A stretch of 11,047 bases of DNA from Candidatus Hadarchaeota archaeon (GCA_040755315.1 JBFMBF010000033.1:1-11047), one strand, 5' to 3'; shown: positions 1 through 6,382, counted from the first letter of the stretch. Made by a program: numbers and translations. The notes: generated by a model from the letters alone, not told the origin.

Positions 1-83
1 TAGCCCTTTCTGCCACGTCCCTTGCGTTCCTGAACCATCGTCTTGTTCACTGCTATCCTTGCCAGTTCCACTGGGTCTATCAC
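1..83 (-). CDS. Putative transposase, N-terminal fragment (partial)
   Basis: GTG at 83 gives MIDPVELARIAVNKTMVQERKGRGRKG(Y), open to the window edge. The basic GRGRKGY motif recalls the N-termini of archaeal IS5/IS4-clan DDE transposases. Only 27 codons are visible. Confidence 0.45.
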   Translation of the reverse strand, partial: MIDPVELARIAVNKTMVQERKGRGRKG

Positions 84-124
84 GAACCATCTAGGGCGTC
101 AGGGAGAAAGAATTATGCACCCCC
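1..124 (-). mobile_element. Probable left end of an insertion sequence (IS5-like), truncated by the window edge
   Basis: The minus strand reads ttag|GGGGGTGCATAATTC from 128 downward, resembling IS5/IS903-type termini (GG..TGCATAA) next to a YTAR-like site (CTAA, 125-128). A transposase-like ORF starts about 40 nt inside. The + strand surface-protein frame is closed by TAG at 92-94. The second end lies outside the window. Confidence 0.5.
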
Positions 125-616
125 CTAAGAGTAGAATTCAACGTCCCTGGAGTCGCTTACGGTTATTGTCACGACAACGTTCAGGTCGAGGCGAAGGTGA
201 AAGTTGGTGAGAGAATAGATGTCGCTGTGGTCTCAGATAATGCTGATGGCCGGACGATAGTGCTGAACGTCGACAACGAGACGCTGCCGGGCCTCAGGGT
301 CGGGCATATCGTTGTTGAAGTCGACAACGAGAATATCGGCCAAGCAGACGACTATGCAGACGTGCTTGACCCAACGAATGACGGCGGCTTGGCAGAGTAC
401 CTTACATTGGTCGGGAACAGGGGGGTTCAGCTTCTGGTCTCAATCCCACACTTCTCGACCCGCACGATCACGATTTCTACGCTTCCAACCCAACCGTTCC
501 CTGTAGCGCCACCAATGTATTTAGTAGCCGTTGCGGGAATCATTCTCATTGTTGTGCTTGTTGTGATTATCTGGAGATACCTTACTTCCGGAAGCAAAAA
601 TTTGGTTAAAAATTAG
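125..616 (+). pseudogene. C-terminal part of an archaeal cell-surface protein with a C-terminal membrane anchor, probably IS-interrupted
   Basis: The frame of ORF 197-616 stays open upstream (LRVEFNVPGVAYGYCHDNVQVEAK...) with no signal peptide or convincing start. The motif ADVLDPTNDG..EYL..G..G.Q.LVSIPHFSTRTITI resembles C-terminal domains of uncharacterised euryarchaeal surface proteins. It is followed by a Pro-rich linker, a TM helix (YLVAVAGIILIVVLVVIIW) and a basic tail; one N-glycosylation sequon (NET). Confidence 0.6.
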
Positions 617-626
617 TTTGTTTCCA

Positions 627-639
627 TAGCCTTTTTACA
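627..639 (+). promoter_or_regulatory. Putative BRE/TATA promoter of the HD-domain gene
   Basis: TAGCCTTTTTACA starts 43 nt before ATG 670. The same 11-mer at the same spacing occurs at 2564. Confidence 0.55.
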
Positions 640-669
640 AGGCCGCCGTGAGTTCTTCACGTGAGCCTT

Positions 670-1932
670 ATGCCAGAAGAAAAAACAATCCACGACCCCG
701 TCCACGGCAGCATGACCTTGAGCGGGATAATCCTCGACCTGATCGACACCGCGGAGGTGCAGCGGCTCCGCGGAATTCGACAGCTCGGCCTGGCGAACGT
801 GGCCTTCCCGGGCGCCAACCACTCCCGCTTCGAGCACGCCCTCGGTGTGGGTCACCTAGCTTGGAAAGTCGCGAACAAGCTTGGTCTGGAGGCTGGCGAG
901 AAAAACACCCTGCAGGCCGCCGCCGTCCTCCATGATGTCGGCCACGCCCCTTACTCCCACACACTGGAGCACCTGATGGTCGACTACCTCAAGAAAGACC
1001 ACATGGAAATCACTGGGCAGATCATCCAGGGGAAGATGAGCATGGCTCCGGAAAATGAAGCCGCTCTGAGGAAGCTTGGGATATCGCGGGCGAACCATGT
1101 CTTGAAAAAATGGGGAGTTTCTTCAAGGGAGGTTTCCCAGCTATTAATGGGGAAGCACAGGCGCCGCTATCTCGGTGATCTAATCCACAGCGAGGTTGAC
1201 GTTGACCAGATGGACTACCTGCTGAGGGACTCTCACTTCACGGGCGTTGCTCTCGGGATGGTCGACATGGACAGGCTTATGAGGACACTGGTCATACACG
1301 GCGGCCGCTCATGCATAATGGCTAAGGGGGTCGAGGCGGTGGAGGGGCTCCTGACGGCGAGGGGTCTCATGTACAGCTCTGTTTATTACCATCACACCGT
1401 GCGGGTGGCAGAGGTTATGCTGATGAACGCCGTTGACAGGGCCCTCGAGAAAAGCGGCTTCAACCGCAACTTCTTCCTCATGGACGACGCGCAGCTGATG
1501 GAGAGACTCAGTTCCGTCGGAGGCTATCCCGCGGAGATGGTCATGAGGCTCCGCTACAGGCAGCTTTTCAAGTCTGCCCATGTAGAGACCAGGAAAGAGC
1601 TGAGCAAGTCGGAAAAGCAAAAGTACCTGTCGCGCTTCGGCAAGTGGAGCATGGTGCGCGAGGCCCAAGACGAGATAGCTGACGAGGCCGGGGTAGGGCG
1701 CGGCAGTGTGCTGCTGGATGTGCCGATTGTGGACATCATAACTTCGGAGCCGAGGATTGAAAAGGTCGACATGCCGGTGATCCAAGAAGGGAAGATTTCC
1801 AAGCTTTCAAAAGTTTCGCCGCTCGCCACGGCTCTGAAGCAAAGGCAGGCCCCAAGGTACATGCTCCGCGTCATCTCTGAGGACAAGCTGGTGGAAAAAG
1901 TCAAGCGGGCCGCCGAGCGGGTTTTGAGTTAA
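670..1932 (+). CDS. HD-domain phosphohydrolase (COG1078; SAMHD1/EF1143-like dNTP triphosphohydrolase family)
   Basis: Motifs IHDPVHG, QRLRGIRQLG, HSRFEHALG, LHDVGHAPYSH, DVDQMDYLLRD, VYYH. ATG 670 is preferred to GTG 661 from promoter spacing. Confidence 0.92.
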   Translation: MPEEKTIHDPVHGSMTLSGIILDLIDTAEVQRLRGIRQLGLANVAFPGANHSRFEHALGVGHLAWKVANKLGLEAGEKNTLQAAAVLHDVGHAPYSHTLEHLMVDYLKKDHMEITGQIIQGKMSMAPENEAALRKLGISRANHVLKKWGVSSREVSQLLMGKHRRRYLGDLIHSEVDVDQMDYLLRDSHFTGVALGMVDMDRLMRTLVIHGGRSCIMAKGVEAVEGLLTARGLMYSSVYYHHTVRVAEVMLMNAVDRALEKSGFNRNFFLMDDAQLMERLSSVGGYPAEMVMRLRYRQLFKSAHVETRKELSKSEKQKYLSRFGKWSMVREAQDEIADEAGVGRGSVLLDVPIVDIITSEPRIEKVDMPVIQEGKISKLSKVSPLATALKQRQAPRYMLRVISEDKLVEKVKRAAERVLS

Positions 1933-2480
1933 CCAATGGCCCTGCGCCCGATATCCGTGGGCCTGAGCGCCGTATCCAGGTAACCCAGCACTTGGAGCCT
2001 CGTGATCTGGCCTTTCGCGATAATCAACGGGACGCCCGCCTCTTCAGCCGCTTTTTCTATTGTGCTACCAGAAATCAGGCTTTTCATCATGGACCTGCCG
2101 ACCTCGCCGACGAGGATCTCGTCTGAGAGCCGCGCCTTCATCTCATCGCCAAGCTTGGAGCGCTTGAGTATCGCGGCGAAGAGCATGGGGCTGGGCGGCA
2201 CGCCGTACTTCCGGCGCAGCGTCCTCTGGCTGATTTTAGAGCCGGCTATGGCCGACCTGAGGCTCTCCATGTCTCTGGCAAACTCGTAAAGAGCGGCTTC
2301 CTCGGCTGTCTCTTTTGATTCTCTGGCCTCCGAAATTTTGATACTTCTCAACCTGAGCTCCCTCTCGAGGGCAGCCTTCTCCTTTTTGAGTTTCGCCAGT
2401 TCTTCAGGTCCCTTCCTCCCAAACATCAGAAGGGCAAGCAAGACCCCTATCACGGCCAGCAGCACGATTTCAATCCACAT
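1929..2480 (-). CDS. Hypothetical protein: N-terminal TM anchor, coiled coil, C-terminal winged-helix-like domain
   Basis: From ATG 2480: hydrophobic MWIEIVLLAVIGVLLALLMF, a charged helical segment (EELAKLKKEKAALERELR), and an HTH/wing pattern (TIEKAAEEAGVPLIIAKGQITRLQVLGYLD..LRPTDIGRRAI). TTTAAA at 2508-2513 fits a promoter for this start. The stop codon overlaps that of the HD gene (TTAA, 1929-1932). Confidence 0.8.
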   Translation of the reverse strand: MWIEIVLLAVIGVLLALLMFGRKGPEELAKLKKEKAALERELRLRSIKISEARESKETAEEAALYEFARDMESLRSAIAGSKISQRTLRRKYGVPPSPMLFAAILKRSKLGDEMKARLSDEILVGEVGRSMMKSLISGSTIEKAAEEAGVPLIIAKGQITRLQVLGYLDTALRPTDIGRRAIG

Positions 2481-2505
2481 GTTACAAAAATTACTTTGCT
2501 CAAGT

Positions 2506-2513
2506 GGTTTAAA
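2506..2513 (-). promoter_or_regulatory. Putative TATA box of the TM-wHTH gene
   Basis: TTTAAA lies 28-33 nt upstream of ATG 2480. Confidence 0.5.
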
Positions 2514-2563
2514 CATAACGGGGCGGCGGACTTTGTTTGTTTAACAATATTCTATCACTTCAG

Positions 2564-2576
2564 TAGCCTTTTTATT
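2564..2576 (+). promoter_or_regulatory. Putative BRE/TATA promoter of the CARF-thrC unit
   Basis: TAGCCTTTTTATT starts 43 nt before ATG 2607. Confidence 0.55.
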
Positions 2577-2606
2577 CACCCAAGAAAACCATCTTGATAG
2601 AGAATC

Positions 2607-3077
2607 ATGAAGGTGGCGATTCAGGGCTTAGGTGAAGTCCCAACGACGGTGATGGTGGTTTTTGAGGAGGAGAAGCCGGACATCTCTTATGTCATATGTT
2701 CGGAATACCAGCTCAAACATGTTGCAAAGATGTACGGGTACACAAAGACCAACGAGGAAATCATCCAAGAGGCTGCCGCAAAGGCCGGGGTAAAGCTGGA
2801 ATTTTGTGTCAAGGATGTTTTCGACCCTGCGGTTGTCGGCGAGTGTTTGGGGGAGATACTGAACAAGCTCAACCCGAAGGAGGACGAGGTTATCGTGAAC
2901 TACACTGGCGGTTCTGCCGTCGTCAGGCTGCTGCTGGGGACATTGGGGGTCGTCCTCTCGATGGTGATGAAGGCAAGGGTCATCTATGCGATAAAATATC
3001 CGCACGGGGTGGACGTTTCAGCGGACCACACAGATGCCCTTAGGGACATTTTCCAGCGTCTCAAAATTATAACATGA
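2607..3077 (+). CDS. Stand-alone CARF (CRISPR-associated Rossmann fold)-like protein
   Basis: 156 aa with the CARF pattern: first strand plus GxxP (VAIQGLGEVP), KPD..YVICS, DVFDP, and strand plus TGG (EVIVNYTGG), then a helix and a final VIY strand. No fused effector domain. Confidence 0.72.
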   Translation: MKVAIQGLGEVPTTVMVVFEEEKPDISYVICSEYQLKHVAKMYGYTKTNEEIIQEAAAKAGVKLEFCVKDVFDPAVVGECLGEILNKLNPKEDEVIVNYTGGSAVVRLLLGTLGVVLSMVMKARVIYAIKYPHGVDVSADHTDALRDIFQRLKIIT

Positions 3078-3096
3078 TTTTCGGGCTGGTGCAAGC

Positions 3097-4323
3097 TTGA
3101 TACTCAGGTGTCTCAGGTGCGGCCACGAGCACCTGCCGAAAAAAGGTTTGTACACCTGTGAAAGGTGCGGCGGGAAAATTGAGGTTGTTTACAATTATGC
3201 GAAAGTTTCTCTGACTAGGGGGCGGCTTTCCAAGGGAAGTGGAATCTGGAAATATTCCGAGCTTCTGCCGCTCTCGAACAGGAAAAACGTAGTGAGTCTC
3301 GGCGAAGGCGGCACCCCGCTGCTCGAGGCGAGGAACCTGGCGGGAGTCCTTGGGATTAAGCACCTTTACCTGAAGGACGAGACCCGAAACCCGACCAGCT
3401 CTTTCAAGGACAGGATGATGAGCGTCGGGGTCTCGAAGGCGGCGGAGTTTGGTGCGGAAGCAGTGGTGACGGCATCGAGCGGGAACGCGGCGGTGTCGCT
3501 GGCGGCATACGCGGCCAAAGCTGGCATAAAGTGCTACGCCTTCGTGCCTGCACATGCACCTGAGAGCAAGATGGCCCAGCTTTCGATGCACGGGGCCAGG
3601 GTAGTCAAGGTTGCCGGGATGAAGAAGGGCGACCCGACATACACCATGATGCTGGAGTCCTGGAAGAAGTTTGGCTGGCATCCCATCCCGAGCGCCGGGG
3701 CCTTCAACCCCTACCATTGGGAAGGTATCAAGACTATGTCTTACGAGGTTTGTGAAGGTTTGGGCTGGAAGGTTCCCGACTGGGTGGTAGTCCCAACTGG
3801 CGCCGGGACTCTGCTTTCCGGCAGCGCCAAAGGATATTTTGAGTTTGATCAGTTGGGGCTGGTGAAGGGTGTACCACGGATGGTTTGTGTTCAGGCGAAG
3901 GGGAGTGCCCCAATCGTGAAGGCTGTTGCGGAAAACATTCCGCCCGAGAAGATAGAGACGTGGGTCAATCCAAAAACCATCGCGGGGGGGCTGATAGACC
4001 CTTACCCATGGGACGCAGACACGGCGATTCCCGCTATAAAGCGCTCTGGTGGGGCTGCTGTCGCGGTGAGCGACGAAGAGATTCTGGAAGCCGAGAAGAT
4101 GCTGGCCAGGCGGGAGGGGATTTTCGCCGAGCCTTCTGGGGCGGCTGGAGTGGCCGGGCTGAGGACGCTTTTGGATGAGGGAACCATAGACCAATCTGAC
4201 GTTGTCGTGGTTGAGGTCACCGGCGGCGGGCTGAAGGATGTTAAGGTTGCTCTAGAAATTTCGGAGAAACCCATAGCCATAGAACCCAGGCTGGAGCAAC
4301 TTGAGAAGTTTTTGAAAGCTTAA
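3097..4323 (+). CDS. thrC: Threonine synthase-family PLP enzyme with N-terminal Zn ribbon
   Basis: CxxCG...CxxCGG; SLGEGGTPL; PLP-lysine motif KDETRNPTSSFKDR; ASSGNAA; EGIKT; EPSGAAGVAG; TGGGLKD. TTG start with GGTG a few nt upstream. Family is secure; the exact substrate is not. Confidence 0.85.
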   Translation: MILRCLRCGHEHLPKKGLYTCERCGGKIEVVYNYAKVSLTRGRLSKGSGIWKYSELLPLSNRKNVVSLGEGGTPLLEARNLAGVLGIKHLYLKDETRNPTSSFKDRMMSVGVSKAAEFGAEAVVTASSGNAAVSLAAYAAKAGIKCYAFVPAHAPESKMAQLSMHGARVVKVAGMKKGDPTYTMMLESWKKFGWHPIPSAGAFNPYHWEGIKTMSYEVCEGLGWKVPDWVVVPTGAGTLLSGSAKGYFEFDQLGLVKGVPRMVCVQAKGSAPIVKAVAENIPPEKIETWVNPKTIAGGLIDPYPWDADTAIPAIKRSGGAAVAVSDEEILEAEKMLARREGIFAEPSGAAGVAGLRTLLDEGTIDQSDVVVVEVTGGGLKDVKVALEISEKPIAIEPRLEQLEKFLKA

Positions 4324-4373
4324 ATTCCGCGACTTCAATTCAATCTTGAAGAGAACCGAACGGGGGTGAAAAG

Positions 4374-4782
4374 TTGGAAAAGAAAACAGTCGGAATCATC
4401 GGGTTAGTCGGCGGGATTTTGGCGCTGGTTAGTGTCGCGCTGCCTTGGATGTCCATAACGGTTTTTGGTTTCAGTGCAAGCTTTTCTGGTCTTGACGTCT
4501 TGACGTCTTGAACGCAGGCGGAGAAGGTCTGGTGATGGCCGTGCTGGTGCTTATCGGCGGAATCTTGGCGTTGCTGGGCGCGCTTGGGTCACTTACTGCC
4601 AAGATACCTGCAAAGCTTCTGCCAATTGGGGGAATACTTGCTATTGCTGGGGAGATATGGGCAGTCGCAAGAATAGGCGTACTGGCCTCGGAGCCGGTGT
4701 CGTTGGTTTTGGAGTTTACATAGGAATAGTCGGGGCAGTACTTGCGCTGCTGGGATATTTCGGCGCTCGAGGAAAGAAGTAG
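4374..4782 (+). pseudogene. Small ~4-TM membrane protein gene with two frameshifts
   Basis: RBS GGGGTGA, then TTG 4374: MEKKTVGIIGLVGGILALVSVALPWMSITVFGFSASFSGLDV, stopped at TGA 4509-4511 after an 8-bp duplication. It continues in a second frame (LNAGGEGLVMAVLVLIGG...WAVARIG), then a third from about 4681 (TGLGAGVVGFGVYIGIVGAVLALLGYFGARGKK, TAG 4780-4782). Confidence 0.8.
4489..4511 (+). repeat. 8-bp tandem repeat (GTCTTGAC x2 + GTCTTGA)
   Basis: Directly visible. Removing one unit restores the reading frame. Confidence 0.9.
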
Positions 4783-4799
4783 CTTCGCAAGCATTGAGG

Positions 4800-4818
4800 T
4801 TTTTTATTTTTTGTTTTT
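4800..4818 (+). terminator. Oligo-T terminator after the membrane protein pseudogene
   Basis: TTTTTTATTTTTTGTTTTT begins about 18 nt after TAG 4782. Confidence 0.7.
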
Positions 4819-4873
4819 CTATAAAGCACGGCAAACCATCGCTGCCTCTTGCAAGCGCAGCTGGCTAATTTCC

Positions 4874-4882
4874 AAATAAAAA
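4874..4882 (-). terminator. Oligo-U terminator of the ncRNA
   Basis: UUUUUAUUU immediately follows ...AUCCCCGCCA on the minus strand. Confidence 0.7.
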
Positions 4883-5113
4883 TGGCGGGGATCTCGACCC
4901 ATCCCTTACTTTCTCAACGAGCTTGCAAATCTCGACCACTTTGCTCGCCCGCTGTTTTTTCAAGTCAGGGCCTTTCTCCCGCAGTCGATGCCTTTCCCCG
5001 ATCTTCCCGGAGATTATCCGCGTCCTTCCCCGGTTTTTCGCCCGGGTTTTTACACGGCGCCCCGTTGCCCTTAGGCTTCGGTTCGGCCTCCTCTGCAGGT
5101 TTCCATCCCCGCC
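4883..5113 (-). ncRNA. Unassigned ~231-nt structured non-coding RNA
   Basis: 5' GGCGGGGAU (5113-5105) pairs perfectly with 3' AUCCCCGCC (4892-4884). Four further nested helices and several hairpins are joined by A-rich linkers. TATA box at -30..-23, U-tract right after the 3' end, and no credible ORF. Confidence 0.8.
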
Positions 5114-5135
5114 GACATTACTTGGGTCAATCGGC

Positions 5136-5155
5136 TATTTAAAATTTTTTTAAAA
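5136..5155 (-). promoter_or_regulatory. BRE/TATA promoter of the ncRNA (AT-rich region shared with the divergent GTPase gene)
   Basis: The minus strand reads AAAAAAT-TTTAAATA. TTTAAATA (5143-5136) sits at -30..-23 relative to 5113, the canonical archaeal spacing. Confidence 0.75.
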
Positions 5156-5230
5156 AGTGGATATATTTCAGCTTCGGAGCTAGGCAGAAAATCTGTTATT
5201 TGCCTGAACTGGCAGTATATTTGGTGGAAA

Positions 5231-6370
5231 ATGCCAACCAACGTGTCACCGGAGTACATCAAGGCCGAGCAGAAGTACCAGCAAGCGCGCACGATTGAGG
5301 AGAAAATCGCGGCCACTGAAGAACTCATAAGGGCCGCGCCCAAACACAAGGGAACCGAGAAGCTGCTGAGTACCCTGAAGCGGAGGCTAGCCAAGCTGCG
5401 CAGGGAGCTCGAGGAAAAGCGGGAGCGCAGGTCGGGGCGCGGCGGAGGGCAGCCTTTCGCCGTGAAGAAGGAGGGGGCGGCGCAGGTGGCGCTCGTCGGG
5501 ATGCCCAACTCAGGCAAGTCCACGCTGCTCAGGATGCTGACGAGCGCAAAGCCGGAGGTGACCGACCACCCATTTGCCACGACAGAGCCGGTGCCTGGGA
5601 TGATGCAGTTTGAGGATGTTCAGATCCAGCTCGTGGAAATACCGGCGATTGTGGAGGGGTCGAGCGTCGGGCGGGGTCTCGGGGCCAAACCACTGAGTGC
5701 CGCAAGAAACGCAGACGTCGTCGCCCTTGTCATAGACTCTTCCTCGAACGCGGTCAGGCAGGCGCGGACCTTGATCGAAGAGCTTGAGACGGCAGGGGTG
5801 AGACTTAACAAGCGGCCGCTTGCGGTTTCCATCGAGCGCAGGCCTGCTGGAGGGGTTGAAATAAAGGGAGGAGGTTTTGTCGATGGGGGCGAGGAAGAGG
5901 TGAAAAAAATTCTCATCTCCCACCGAATCCACAATGCATTCGTGATCGTGGAAGAGCCGGTCACGGCGGATGAGTTTGAAGGTGTCCTGGAGGAGGCTTC
6001 CGTTTACAGGCGCGCATTCTTTATTGTCACAAAGTCCAACTCCCGGGGCGCGGCCGAGTCTTTGAGTCGAGAATTCAGGGACTTTCCGATAATTCTTTCC
6101 AGCAGCGAACCAGGGAAGGTCAAGGCTGAAATCTACTCCGGGATGAACCTGATCAGGATTTACACCAGGCGGCCTGACGAGGATCCTGCAAAGCGCCCGC
6201 TTGTAATCCCGAAGGGATCAACAGTTTCTGACGTGGCTGGGGCCGTGCACAGGGATTTCAAGGAGAGCCTGAAGTTCGCCAGGGTCTGGGGATCAACAAG
6301 ATTCCCGGGGCAACAGGTGAAAAGGGATTACATCCTCTCGGACAGAGACATCGTGGAGCTTCACCTGTGA
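5231..6370 (+). CDS. DRG/OBG-family GTP-binding protein with C-terminal TGS domain
   Basis: N-terminal helical domain with PKHKGTEKL; G1 GMPNSGKST; G2 HPFATT; PGMMQFEDVQIQLVE; TGS domain (GSTVSDVAGAVH..FARVWGS..GQQV..DRDIVELH). RBS GGTGG. Confidence 0.92.
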   Translation: MPTNVSPEYIKAEQKYQQARTIEEKIAATEELIRAAPKHKGTEKLLSTLKRRLAKLRRELEEKRERRSGRGGGQPFAVKKEGAAQVALVGMPNSGKSTLLRMLTSAKPEVTDHPFATTEPVPGMMQFEDVQIQLVEIPAIVEGSSVGRGLGAKPLSAARNADVVALVIDSSSNAVRQARTLIEELETAGVRLNKRPLAVSIERRPAGGVEIKGGGFVDGGEEEVKKILISHRIHNAFVIVEEPVTADEFEGVLEEASVYRRAFFIVTKSNSRGAAESLSREFRDFPIILSSSEPGKVKAEIYSGMNLIRIYTRRPDEDPAKRPLVIPKGSTVSDVAGAVHRDFKESLKFARVWGSTRFPGQQVKRDYILSDRDIVELHL

Positions 6371-6382
6371 GGTTCGGGGCGG

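Noticed and set aside
2537..2601. Palindrome TTGTT-T-AACAA and 7-bp inverted repeat TCTATCA..TGATAGA in the divergent promoter region
   Set aside because: Too short in AT-rich DNA to call without comparative data.
3067..4194. 375-aa minus-strand ORF and the other long overlapping ORFs in the track
   Set aside because: They overlap well-supported genes in GC-rich coding DNA and show no motifs.
4883..5113. Assigning the RNA as SRP RNA, RNase P RNA, intron-containing tRNA, tmRNA or raiA motif
   Set aside because: The diagnostic motifs of each are missing. Only short, chance-level resemblances exist (for example CAGCGGGCGAG to a raiA-like segment as I recall it). An Rfam scan is needed to settle this.
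4849..5153. ORFs 4849-5142 (+) and 4923-5153 (+)
   Set aside because: No recognisable protein features or RBS. They are antisense shadows of the structured RNA.
5170..5204. Two small hairpins (AGCT-TCGG-AGCT; AGGCAGA..TTTGCCT) upstream of the GTPase gene
   Set aside because: Short, with no match to a riboswitch consensus I know (including fluoride); cannot be distinguished from chance.
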